Of a stretch of DNA of 36,218 nt, positions 1 through 11,424 are shown piece after piece. The DNA lies in contig JAPETS010000003.1 of the NCBI GenBank assembly GCA_026023565.1, forward strand, positions 1,426,001 to 1,462,218. Direction: 5' to 3'. Each line of letters begins with the position of its first letter. Position 1 is the first letter of the stretch. Both the position numbers and the translations under genes were made by a program. The stretch comes from Cirrosporium novae-zelandiae. Taxonomy: Eukaryota. Below the pieces are notes generated by a model. That model saw only the letters and a program-made list of their open reading frames with translations. It did no database searches and was not told the origin of the DNA.

Positions 1-1363
1 CAGCACGTGGGAGCTGCCGCCGTACTTACCATAGATGAGGCCCATGACCTCGGTAGACATGTTGCGGTGGTAATAGGGGGGCCGGAAGGAGTTGGAGGTG
101 GCGTTCCATTTCGGGGTGAAGATCAGGAAGTCGGAGATGGAGACGCCGGGGGTTTTGGATTTGGCAGTTAGCACGCAGTAGACTGTGGGGTCGCTCTGGT
201 CTTTTTCGACGGTGGCCGTGTTGATGAATTTTTCCATGGCGTATTTGTAGGGCGCGTAGTTGCCGTGCCAGGCGACGACGTCGAAGGGCGTGTGGTTTTG
301 GTGGCAGGTGTGCAGCGTGCCGGCTAGTTTGTAGGTGATTTGCCAGGGGCTGGGGCTGGCGGGGTCGATGTCGAAACTTGCGAGGGGGATTTCGAAGTCC
401 CGTGGGAGCGCCATGCCGTTGGAGCCGATGGGGCCTAGTTCCGGTAGCTCGTAGTGCGAGCCGTAGATTTCTTGGATGTAGCCTCGGACGGGGGCGTTGT
501 CTGGCAGGGTGACCTTCCACCGCATGCCGGCTTGGAGGATGGCGAGCTCGCCAGGCCGCACCCGCATCCGTCCGAATTCTGTTTGGATGTCTAGTCGGCC
601 TTCCTGAGGAAGGATAAGCATGTCGCCGTCGTTGCTGCAGAAGGCCTTGTTTCCCATGGATGCGTTCGCCGCATATATGTGTACGGCTAGGCCTTCTTTC
701 CCCGTTGGGTCGCCTTGGCCACCTACGGTTTTGAGGCCTTGGACGAAGTCGACGGATTCCGAGTCCGGGGGCATTGGGAAGGGGTCCCATGCAAGCTGTG
801 CGGGAATGTATTCGACATTTTGGTTCATGGGGGAGAAGCAGGATTCCAGCTTGGGATTCTGTTAGATGGGTTCTATCTTCGGGTTTCTGTTTGCTGGCGA
901 GGACTTACGTCCGGGTTGGGAGTAGCTTTTGTGATTTCATGGTGTGCTACCGAGGGTCGAATTCGGTAGAACCAGCTAGGGAGAGATGGTCAGCATTTTG
1001 GTAGGGACAACAGTAATTGTGAACTTACGCATGCTGTAAGGTTGCACGGCTAGAGACGAAGGAAGATCCGTTCAACTTTTTGATGGGCGCATTAGCGATA
1101 TATCTCCCACAACATAGAAAATTGATTAGTAGGCCCACCTGTTCTGAATATAAGTCATATTTACATTTTTGTGGTGTATTTTGAGCTCTAGGAAGGATTC
1201 CAGGACTGTTCAATAAAAGTAAGCATTCATTTTTCTTTTCTCTCTGGCTATGAACTTACATGGCTTCCGATGCGAATCGATTCCCAAAACCGACTTGATA
1301 GCTATATGGATCTTCTGGAGTTGGAGTTGTGGCAAAAGCACACTTAGCAGTATACCCAAGCAT
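1..1363 (-). CDS. Homogentisate 1,2-dioxygenase family protein (non-canonical paralog), 3' end outside window
   Basis: Manual splicing (exons 1363-1260, 1205-1139, 1075-1029, 975-<1, all GT..AG) gives [127 protein letters not shown]. These are HGD hallmark motifs. The ORF-track entry 26..790 is the wrong frame. Confidence 0.95.
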
Positions 1364-1606
1364 GGTGGTGACCAATTGACGGGATTTATAGAAATTATTC
1401 ACTTGAAGCGGTTGGAAAAAGATGCTTCCAAGTTGACATTTGAAAAAATATTATAATTACAGTACATAGTTCAATGCTACTCCGATAGGGCAAATAATAG
1501 GCATCGTATTAATCGTCGCCATCTCTGGATTCCAGATTCCAAGAACCTGTCTCTGTGGATATCATCATCGTCCTCCTTGGTGGGGGGGGGGGGTTTCTAC
1601 CGGCAA

Positions 1607-1702
1607 TTGCCTCCCCACTTTGCCTCCCCACTTTGCCTTGAGCATTGGTTCCCTCCGAAACCTCCGAAACCTCCGACAATAGCCGACGTTTTATCTGATA
1701 AG
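1607..1702. promoter_or_regulatory. Putative bidirectional promoter motifs between HGD and P450
   Basis: 13-bp tandem duplication TTGCCTCCCCACT (each copy contains CCCCAC, the reverse of SYGGRG), 9-bp repeat CCTCCGAAA x~2.8 at 1652-1676, and ATCTGATAA at 1693-1701. Confidence 0.4.
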
Positions 1703-1922
1703 AGCTCCAGACACGCCAGGCAATCCCGATAGCCATCAGCTTATCACTCAAACCAATAACTGGACATATGAACCTGGAAAGATGATATGTTGTTATCATT
1801 AATATGTACTATGAGAAGAGTGATTGAACTTCCCTTGCTGAATGTGTGTTGTATCTGAGTATCTGTGAGTATCTGTGGCAAGAGTTTAGTCGGAAAATTA
1901 TTCCTCCATCTCCACTCCCATA

Positions 1923-3521
1923 ATGATGTCTCTGCTTGACTCTGCTGTACTCACGTTCTCTGCATTGATATTATGGAAATGCATCTCATATTTTTTCATC
2001 AAAACACATGGTCTCCCACTACCTCCAGGTCCTCCAGGGGAACTCATTCTCGGACATCTTCGGGTTGTTCCAAGCTCCAGTCCAGAGTATACGTATCAGA
2101 AATGGTCTAAAGAATATGGTACTTAAGCTTCATTAACAACATGAGAATTTCAGTGACTGATATTTCCACATTTAGGATCTGATGTCCTCTATTTTAATAT
2201 TCTTGGCCAACCGGTCGTTGTCCTTAACAGCATTGAAGCTGCCGTAGACCTTCTCGATAAACGAGGTTCCAATTACTGTGATCGACCGCGTTTCGTGCTG
2301 TTCGAGGTTATGGGATGGAGCATGACTCTTACTTTTCTAGGATGGGGTCCACACTTTCAGATGCACCGCAAGCTTCTCCAGAGTACATTCACAAAGTCGA
2401 ACTGCATACCGCATAGAGGGTTCCAAGAATACGAAACTCATCAACTGGTCAACGGCATCTTCAAGAATCCGGAAGATTGGGAACGTCTTCTACGAAGATT
2501 TGCTACTGCAATTGTCCTTGGAATAGGTTTTGGAGTATCAATTAATGATGACAAAGATCCATACATACAGATGGCTATCGATGCTTCTTATGCTCTCGGC
2601 CACGGAGGTGCTCCGGCTGGTACTCTTGTCGATTTCTTCCCTGTCGCAAAATACCTTCCAAGTTGGCTTGGTGACTGGTCCCTTAGGTTCGCTCGTGAGT
2701 GGAGATGGGCGATCCGGCAAATTCATGATGCTCCCTTTGCGGCTGTCCAGCAACAGATGAGCGAAGGAACCGCACAACCTTCTTTCATCCAAGCTCTCCT
2801 CGAACAACACAACCAGCGTGTTGAGAATGGCGAAGTTAATGATCTCTCCCTTGAGGACATTAAAGGAGCGGCAGGCGCCGTGTACGCTGCCGGTCAAGAT
2901 ACTACGTGGTCAACCCTAGTCGTCTTCGTTTTAAATATGGTACTGCACCCTGAGATTCAACAAAAGGCACAAGCTATGGTTGATGCCGTCGTTGGCCCCG
3001 ATCGTTTGCCTGATTTCAACGATCGAGATTCTCTCCCTTATATCGATTATATCGTGCAAGAGACACTTCGATGGCAACCTGTTTCTCCAATTGGAGTCCC
3101 TCACAAAAGTTTACAAGGTGACATCTACAAAGGCATGTTTATACCTGCAGGCTCCTTTGTCTATGCCAATGCCATGGCAATGACACATGATGAGAATGTG
3201 TACAAAAATCCAAACGACTTCAACCCTGATCGCTATATCCCACAATCGCAAGGTGGGGCTGGGGAACCTTTCCCCACGGGCCAATTTGGGTTTGGACGAA
3301 GGATTTGTGTTGGTAGACATCTTGCGGAAGCAAGCGTGTGGATTGTAGTTGCCACTTTTCTTGCTACCCTTCACATCCAGAAAGCGGTGGATAAAGAGGG
3401 CCATGAAGTAATGCCAGAAGTTGAGATGACGAATGGTTTGACCAGTCATCCAAAGTCGTTTCCATGTCGGTTCGTGCCGAGGAGTAAGATGGCAGAAGAC
3501 TTGGTTGCAAATGCGATTTGA
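1923..3521 (+). CDS. Cytochrome P450 (OrdA/CYP64-like fungal class)
   Basis: Exon 1923-2118, intron 2119-2175, exon 2176-3521. N-terminal TM anchor, LPPGPPG hinge, I-helix AAGQDTT, ETLR (ExxR), FNPDRY, heme motif FGFGRRICVG. Confidence 0.95.
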
Positions 3522-4174
3522 AGAGAAAGATAAGAAGTTATTTTAAAGGAGGTTAAATGAAATGCTTTGCTGTGCAAATCACTTACCACCCAAAAATTGA
3601 AGACGCGTACCATCACGGCTGGAGAATCCAGTTTTGGAAGGAAGATTCTAAGCGCTTATGGCCGAGCCACCAAGTTCGTCCTGGAGGCAATAATGGTGTA
3701 TGCTGTCACCAAAATCGGGAAGATGAGGGTTGGCATTCTCTGGAGGGGGGCGGGAAACTGACAAGAGGCACCCTTATTAGAAAAAAGATATCTATTATAA
3801 GTTTCCTGACCGACTACTAAACACCTTGCTGGCACCTTTATATTGTAGTGAAGGGATGAACCTTAAGTGGTTAATAACCTAGGTTGTTAGATGCTTGATA
3901 GAGCCCAAGATATTGTAAGAAATTAGATTTTCGTATTTTCTTTAACTAGTGCGTGATCCTCCCGAGAGTCCCATCAGACCTAGGATACACAAATAGCCAT
4001 CAACCCACAATTTCATGGAAATTATATCCAATTGGGATATATTGATTAATTTTGCTCGGTCAATCGTGGACGTCATGTTCCATTTTTATCTCAATGGCGG
4101 TTGAACAAATAGCTACTCTTCCGCACTTGTAACCCTCCTTCTCATCTCTTCATCCTCTCTCATTTTTTCTCACA

Positions 4175-5398
4175 ATGGCCCTCTACCATTTCTTGACATT
4201 CTGTGCCTGTTTCGTGAACACTATTGCCGCTCTAAATACTTGCAGTAACGTGAGTGTCGGATATGATGTCAACAAGGTCGCTGCACGAGCAAAAGAGCTA
4301 GCTTCACATAGTTGGGAATACGGTACAGCTGCCGAGGCATTCCTTGAACTCTACAATCCCGAGCTCTCGGTATTTGGAGATGATCCTTTCCCTATGAATG
4401 ATATCCCTCAACCTGAAGTCACTTCTATCCCAAGCTTGGTATACGCGAAGCCGGTCATCCGGACAGATAATCAGACATTAATCGACGGCGATGGTATATA
4501 TTGGTATCTTTACCCTAGGGATTTGTAGGTACTAACGCATATAATTTGTACAGGTGCAGTCGGTGATCCAGCTTCTTTGGGGGTCTCGGCGGTTCTGATA
4601 GGGCAATCTAATACGAGTTATTACCAAGCTGCGACACGAGAAGCCGACTATGTTGTTAATGTTGCGCCTCGCTACTGGAATGGAGCAATTAGTCAACGGT
4701 ATAATGTAGCAGAGATATGGGCCGACTTTGTCTACATGGCGCCTCCATTTCTCGCCTACTATGCTGTATCTACCAACGATACAGAATTACTAAAGGAGAC
4801 CGTTCGGCAATGCTCTCTATATAAGCAGGTCCTGCAAGCCAACATCACAGCCAATGCCACATCCGATTACTCAGGGCTTTGGACGCACATTATAGGACCA
4901 GAATCAACGGATTTAGGACTTTGGAGTACTGGAAATGCCTGGGCAGCGGCGGGTATGACACGGGTTCTGGCAACAGTTTCCAAATGGGGTCCTAGCAGCG
5001 GTTGGACCGAAGAGCAGAGCACCTTGAAATTCTTGATTAAAGAGATTATCGATGGTGCTATGCATGTGGACAAAAGCAATGGTCTTCTGCGCAATTATCT
5101 CAACGACACTACGTGGTATGGAGAAACTTCTGGTACCGCCCTGCTCACCTCGGTCGTGTATCGTATGGCAGTGGCGGCTCCTGAGATGTTTGGTTCCAGC
5201 TATATAAGTTGGGCAGATGAAAATAGAGCAGCGATAGCTGCCCATGTTACGTCGAATGGTACATTATCTCCTGCCATCAACCCATTGAACTGGGGAGACA
5301 CTACCCCATACACAGCGGGAAGTCCCGAGGGACAGAGTTTTGGGGTATTGCTCTATACGGCATATCGTGATTGCTTTTGTGCGGGGGTCTGCCCATGA
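4175..5398 (+). CDS. Secreted six-hairpin glycoside hydrolase, GH105/GH88-like
   Basis: Signal peptide MALYHFLTFCACFVNTIAA; intron 4494-4553 joins DG-AVGDPASLG; motifs SHSWEYGTAAEA, WADFVYMAPPFLA, WSTGNAWAAAG, ETSGTALL, SPEGQSF. Confidence 0.85.
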
Positions 5399-5679
5399 CC
5401 TGGGCTCACTAGAATGATGTCGAATGATCAGGGAGGGACATGGGATTTTTCTATGACAGTATTGAGTGTGAGGATACACAGTAACCATCGGAGAGATTAT
5501 TAACTCAGTACCCACTACTCTACAATGTTCAATTACTGGAGAAGGATAATTCATGCCCGCAAAATTAACCTAAACCTTGAGCTAAATGCTGACAGGGGCC
5601 GACCCGGGCGTTTCTTATTCAAGGTTGGGGCTAACCTGGGGGCTAGTTGGGGGGGGCGAGTCACAACCCCTGGGGCTAC

Positions 5680-5714
5680 CTGCAAGCCGCTGCAAGCCTG
5701 CAAGCCTGCAAGCC
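5680..5714 (+). repeat. 8-bp tandem repeat (CTGCAAGC) x4
   Basis: ctgcaagc-cg-ctgcaagc-ctgcaagc-ctgcaagc read directly. Confidence 0.8.
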
Positions 5715-6308
5715 CAGGGATAATGTTATCCGCTTGCCCAAAAGTAAAAGTAAATTAATCCAAAACGTTATTAATGATTACTTGATGGCTTCCACCCTTC
5801 AGCTTTTGGAATAATCTGTCAGATAAGCAGGTCCACAGGAGTATTTTATTGGCTAATGGATTTGCACATGTTGGCAATAATATTACTTCTTTTCATCTTC
5901 CTGCAGTCAGCAATTTCTGGTTGCTGGGGATTGATAGCCGATCATATCCTACTATGCCAAAGCTTGGTGGAACTCGCTTCAGCTGTCTATGATCCTCCCA
6001 GTCAGTTCCTTCAACATCGTCCTGTCAGAGCCAAAGTCCCTGCAAGTTCCACCTCAAAACAGTAATGCTATGGTTCTCTCTTAGACAGCCTTAGCCTAGA
6101 GTTATGGCCTAAAAATGCGCTATCTGTTTAACGTCAGTCGGCCATCTAACTAACACCCTCACACTTCCTTTTTTGCATGACAGGTTACTCCACTCCACTC
6201 ATCTCCACCATCATTGCTATCTTTTTCTATTTTCTTATTTTGCTGGCTTAGAATAGTTACTGTTTCCTTTCGATTTTTCTTTCTCTCTGCTCCGCTTGAA
6301 TATGCAAC

Positions 6309-8704
6309 ATGCGTCTTCCGGCCTTTGTGCTGGTGCTACAAGCACTTGTGCTCGCATCTGCTACTGGTATTTTGCCCATAGGAAACTTTTGCAGGTAAGT
6401 TGTGGATCTGTTTACAATTGGGCGAAAGTTTGGTGGAAGCTATTTCTCATAGCCTTCTATCTGCTTATTGTTCTCATGGGATGGCATTTTGATACTGATG
6501 CCGCGTTCAAAGTTTGGTTACTTCTATGATGACTGTGCTCGCTTTCCCTGTCTTACGTTTAATATCAGGTACCATCCTGGGCAAACTCTTCAATCATTTA
6601 GTTTGGTCATGTGGAGCAAAGCATGGCACATCATTTCCTCCATATTTCATTAGCAATTGTTTTGGATGGTGTTGGGTAGCAGAGCCGAACGGCACTCATG
6701 ATGGAATTGTGACCACGATGGATATAACTGACAACTTTCTGCAGGCGATGGTACCACCAAAGCCAAGTCAAAAATAACATGCTGTATATTGATGGCGGAC
6801 TCGAAACATATCGAAATCAAGAAGTTGTCTCCGTGGTATGTTAAATCCCATCCAACCAAATGACTCGTGGTGGATCTGATCCAACGGAGGGAAATGAACC
6901 AAATTATACCGGACCTATCGTTGCCGGGCCGAGTAAGTAGTAGACTGTCAAACCTTTGGAGAAGTGGTTCTAAAGTCTGATAGACAACTATATCATCGCT
7001 GTCAACCTCAGCTCATCTTGGGACTGGAAATTGAACATCAGCCAAGTTGCAATCAACAAGACAGCAAATCCGACAACTGGAACTTCTTCTCCAATTTTCC
7101 AGAATGGTGCCCTATTCCAGGGCCCCCCAAGCGATTCTCAAATATATTTATATGGAGGTGCTACTACAAGTATTAATACTAGTTTCCCAGATTGGCAACA
7201 AACTTATTCCAACCAATACAACCTGTAAGAAGCTCTCGCAGCCTTATGGTCTCTCCCGACTAATACCACTCTAGGTGGGGTTTTGATACCGAATCACACG
7301 AATGGTCGCAATATGATGTGTTCTCCGTCGTACCGGATAGACCAAGCTGGGGAGGATACTCGGAAGCACCAGATTTAGGGTTGGCATTCTGGTTCAACGG
7401 TGTCTTAACCAACTATAGTTCTCCTAGCACATCGTACCTAGCTAGCAAAACATTATTTCTAGAAGGTATGGTCGTCCTTGACCTAACAAACCAAACAGCA
7501 AGGAATATTTCTACGGATTCTGTTACGGGTAGTCGCCCCAGAGCACGGGGAGGACTCCAATATGTTCCTGGTCTTGGTGAGAAGGGGGTGCTTGTGGCTT
7601 TTGGCGGAGCAACAGGACCCGAATCTGATCCTATAAAGTCCAATTCTAGTAATCTGGGTTAGTCTCACGAATTCTTTACATTTTCAGTTCGAGTACTAAT
7701 CGTGATCCCCAGTGTCTATGAACAAAATAGACGTTTTTGACGTAGCCGCATTGAATTCCTCGGACCCCAGCAGCGGCTGGTATACCCAAGAAATAACCGG
7801 GACGGTCCCTGATCCTAGGGTTGACTTTTGCGCTGTGATGGAATCCGCGCCAGACAACTCAAGCCACAACATCTACGTGTATGGAGGCTGGGACCCCAGT
7901 AAAGACGAGACTTATTTCGATGAAATATGGGTCCTCTCCCTGCCCTCTTTCCGCTGGATCAAGATCTTCACCGGCAGCTCCCCTAGGTTCGGACACACAT
8001 GTCACCTAGTAGGACATAGACAGATGATCACAGTTGGAGGCTTAGATAATAAGCAAAATAACGACTCGTGCGATTGGGAATACAAAAGCGTTGCGATTTA
8101 TGATCTCACAAGTGGGGTCTGGGGCAGTGTGTTTGACGCCTTTAAACAATCTTACGTGGTCATGGATATCATATACTCCGCGATTGGCGGCAACGAGAAT
8201 GGAAACGCAACAACACTTCTGCCACAAGGCGGTTGGAGCTCTCCTCGAATTGCAAAACTCTTCACAGGCACGACAGACCAGAATGCTGCAGGTAGCGGTT
8301 CCAGCGCTTCAACTTCTAACAGTCTCAGTGGGGGTGCCATAGCTGGTGCTGTAGTCGGAAGTATCGTTGGCGCCATTCTCATAGTTGGCGCACTCGGGTT
8401 CTTTTTACGTAAACGCAAACAACGTCGAGCCAAGCGGCCGGAGCAACCACCCCCGCAAGAAATGGCAGGCGACGACACGAAGTACGAAATGGATTCTGGT
8501 GGTCGCAAATATGAACTGGGTGGTAATGTCCCTGCATACGAGATGCCTACACAGGCGGTTTATGCAGAACTACCTGCAAGTGAAACTGGCGAAGGAAATA
8601 AACCGTGGAGCCCTACAATGCCACTGGATCCGCCTCAAGTGGGAGAGTTGGAGGCAGTTGAAGGCCAGAAGGAGAAGGCTCCGGAAGGTGATCCAACAAG
8701 CTGA
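6309..8704 (+). CDS. Kelch-repeat type I membrane protein (fungal cell-surface)
   Basis: Signal exon MRLPAFVLVLQALVLASATGILPIGNFCR (6309-6394); 350-nt intron 6395-6744 joins FCRRWYHQSQVKNNMLYIDGG; four further introns; kelch GG motifs (YLYGG, VAFGG, YVYGG, ITVGG), IWVLSLPSFRWI, TM GAIAGAVVGSIVGAILIVGALGFFL followed by RKRKQRR. Confidence 0.88.
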
Positions 8705-9446
8705 TGATAATGATGAATGACGTTGAATAATCAGACGTTTGGTCTTTATCTCCTTGGACATCCCTAGTTGCAAGGAAATCTCCCTGGCTCTAGCAAGGCG
8801 CTGGCAAGGAGATTTGATTTTTTTTTACCAACCGATATATCCCCAAAAGCGAGCTTGGCCATAGACCAAGTGTTTAATTATTTAATAACTCATATATATT
8901 ATGTTCTGTTTGCTCAACTTCGACGGGGTAGCTTCTCACATTAAGAGTGGACATTGCAGAAGGGCCTACATTGTTTATGAGGATTTCAGCATGTATGCAT
9001 CCCACCCTTAGTACTCCACAGTAGTTTCCCCGTTCTTTTGTTTTGTTGCAGAGAGGCTGAAAGCTGTCTTCGATGGCCCATCTAAGTTAAGGCTCAAGGT
9101 GCGCCCCGAGTGGGATACGATTTTTAAGCAACGGCAACAGGTGGGATGAACCGATTTGTCAACAAACCTTCTCTTTTTCTTCATGATATCGCAACATCTT
9201 GTCCAAATATGCACGTCTCACGCCATGATGGAAAGATGGCTATTGCCAAGTTGACCTTCATCACCTGAGGGTGATGCACCAGTACTTCAAATCTCCCGCA
9301 TCATCACCGGAGAGCCTAGGGATCTATTTGATGACTTTTATAGGACTCTGAATATTTGTTCAGACTCTTCTTGCGTTTGTAACATTTAATTTTAGTTAAT
9401 ACTCTTCATCGTCGTTTACTGTTTTGTTGTTAGCTGATATTACAAC

Positions 9447-10394
9447 ATGGGGAAAATCGTGTTCACTGGGGTTGATGGTCATCTCGTGGGCATAGCAGCG
9501 AACTATGCACTGGAGCTTGCTGGCCCCAATGACAAGTTGATCTTCTCCAGTCCCAACCTTGATGGTATCCCAAACGAAACCAAGGAGCGATGGACCAGTA
9601 AGGGAGCCGAAGTCTGCTTCGCTAGTTATGACGATGTGCCGAGCATGGAGAAGGTTTTTAAAGATGCCGATGTGGTAGGATTCGTTTCTACATGGATGAT
9701 TGGAAATATTCGGCGTCAGCAGATGCGAAGAGCCATCTCCGTAGCAAAACGTGTCGGAGCTAAACGTCTTTGTTATACTTCTTGCATCGGGGCGGGAATA
9801 GAAAAGGATACCCCGCTTGTGGCATCCGATCATCGCGACACTGAGCAGGCAATCTATGAAACCGGACTAGCGTGGAATATCCAGCGGGACAATCTATATC
9901 TTGACACTTACTTCTGGTGGTTTTTCCCCTGGATTGCCAAATTTTGTGACAATAAATGGCATTGGAATAGCGGCGGGACTCCCGCCAGCTTCGTTGCCCG
10001 AGAAGATTGCGGCCGTGTCTATGGTGCGCTGATGATGGGTAAAAGCGAACCCAATGTGGTGCACGATGTCACCGGTCCCGAAATGTACTCCGATTATGAT
10101 CTCCTCAAAATGGCCTGCGAGCACACCGGATGGAAATGCGAGATAGTCGAAATAACTGACGAGCAGGCTTACGAATACTGGGGTTCCCTAGGCCTACCAC
10201 GGAATTCCGAAGGTGACTTTTCAAAATCACCGATACCTATATGCTGCGATGATATCGTTCAGAACCAGCGTTCTACCCGTTTGGGGATTATGAGCGTTTC
10301 CTCAGATAGTGTGGAACGGCTGACAGGTCGAAAGCCGCTCTCGGCAAAGGATGTGATGCTTCAGTATGAGGAATTTCTTCCTAGGCCGGCCTAG
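9447..10394 (+). CDS. NmrA-like / atypical SDR NAD(P)-binding oxidoreductase (QOR2/TMR-like), intronless
   Basis: 315-aa ORF; N-terminal Rossmann-like KIVFTGVDGHLVG, ASYDD, YTS, DHRDTEQAI, RDNLY, FVAREDCGR, VTGPE, VERLTGRKP. Confidence 0.85.
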   Translation: MGKIVFTGVDGHLVGIAANYALELAGPNDKLIFSSPNLDGIPNETKERWTSKGAEVCFASYDDVPSMEKVFKDADVVGFVSTWMIGNIRRQQMRRAISVAKRVGAKRLCYTSCIGAGIEKDTPLVASDHRDTEQAIYETGLAWNIQRDNLYLDTYFWWFFPWIAKFCDNKWHWNSGGTPASFVAREDCGRVYGALMMGKSEPNVVHDVTGPEMYSDYDLLKMACEHTGWKCEIVEITDEQAYEYWGSLGLPRNSEGDFSKSPIPICCDDIVQNQRSTRLGIMSVSSDSVERLTGRKPLSAKDVMLQYEEFLPRPA

Positions 10395-11424
10395 GATCCT
10401 CCTTTCAGGATCTGAAGGAGGTGGAGTTGATACGATGAAAGCCCTTAATCTCTCTAACCTGTGATCAATGGTTTTCATCTGTTCGTCTGCTTTGGTCTCC
10501 TATAACATTGAATTCAGCTTCTGTCTTCGCTCATTGCTGTTGGTTACTGCGAGTCTGGTTCTACTACTCTAGGTTTGTCCTTATTTGAGATGAGCACAAG
10601 GACTCTGAATCATTTCTCTCGCGCAAAAGTTGTTTATTGACCATGGTCGATGGTATAGGCTACATGTAAATAGGGGTATTCATGAACCACCACAAATGAC
10701 AATTGACAATCTTCCGAAGACATGACAACTATGCATGTAACGCTTTGAGTCAGGAACAGTATGAATTTCCTTTGGTATATGTACAGTTCTATCAACCGAG
10801 AATTTCATCGATAGGTGCTTCCGAGCCCTCTCGATAAGGAGAAATGACAACGACCAGTCCCAAACGAGCTTTTCACATTATATAATGGAGAGGTCTTTCA
10901 ACAAAGCCAGTTTTCATTCAAAGCTGATTTCAGTTATAACCTGATCGTGCCTAAACACCTCCTCGAAATCCGAAAACAAAACTAGATTTTATTTGAAGGC
11001 CCCTGAAACTTTGGTAGATAACGGAAGAGATCTCGTTGGCTTCACATTTCGGCCATCGCTCGGCATCTACTTAGGTTCGCCTTGGCACTCCCCACACCCA
11101 CATTTGGACTTAGGCCCTACTTCTAACAAATCAATATTTAATTACAACATTTGATCTCTCCTTCGATAGCGTATACAGGAACGGAATTCACCTATCACTC
11201 AATGGTTGGCTAACGCATGATCTGACGCGACGCTTCATAGCGTATTCCTTTGCCCGGAATTTTCGTCACGGCCATTTCGCGTATCATGCATACATAGCGG
11301 GACATTAAAAGCACTCCTTCAAATATTTGATCTTGGGGCGAATCATATACTTTCCGCATAAAGGTTTTTAGGGTTCCGGGGAATAAATTATTGAAACTAT
11401 TCTTCGCCTTGGAAACAGCCCATC

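Noticed and set aside
26..790. 254-aa Arg/Pro-rich ORF
   Set aside because: Alternative frame of the HGD exon; the real frame begins at a splice acceptor.
3557..3820. Short ORFs after the first P450 and a GTAAGT donor-like site on the minus strand
   Set aside because: No recognisable motif or coherent gene model.
8776..8816. AAATCTCC...GGAGATTT inverted repeat downstream of the kelch gene
   Set aside because: Short, imperfect stem, plausibly chance.
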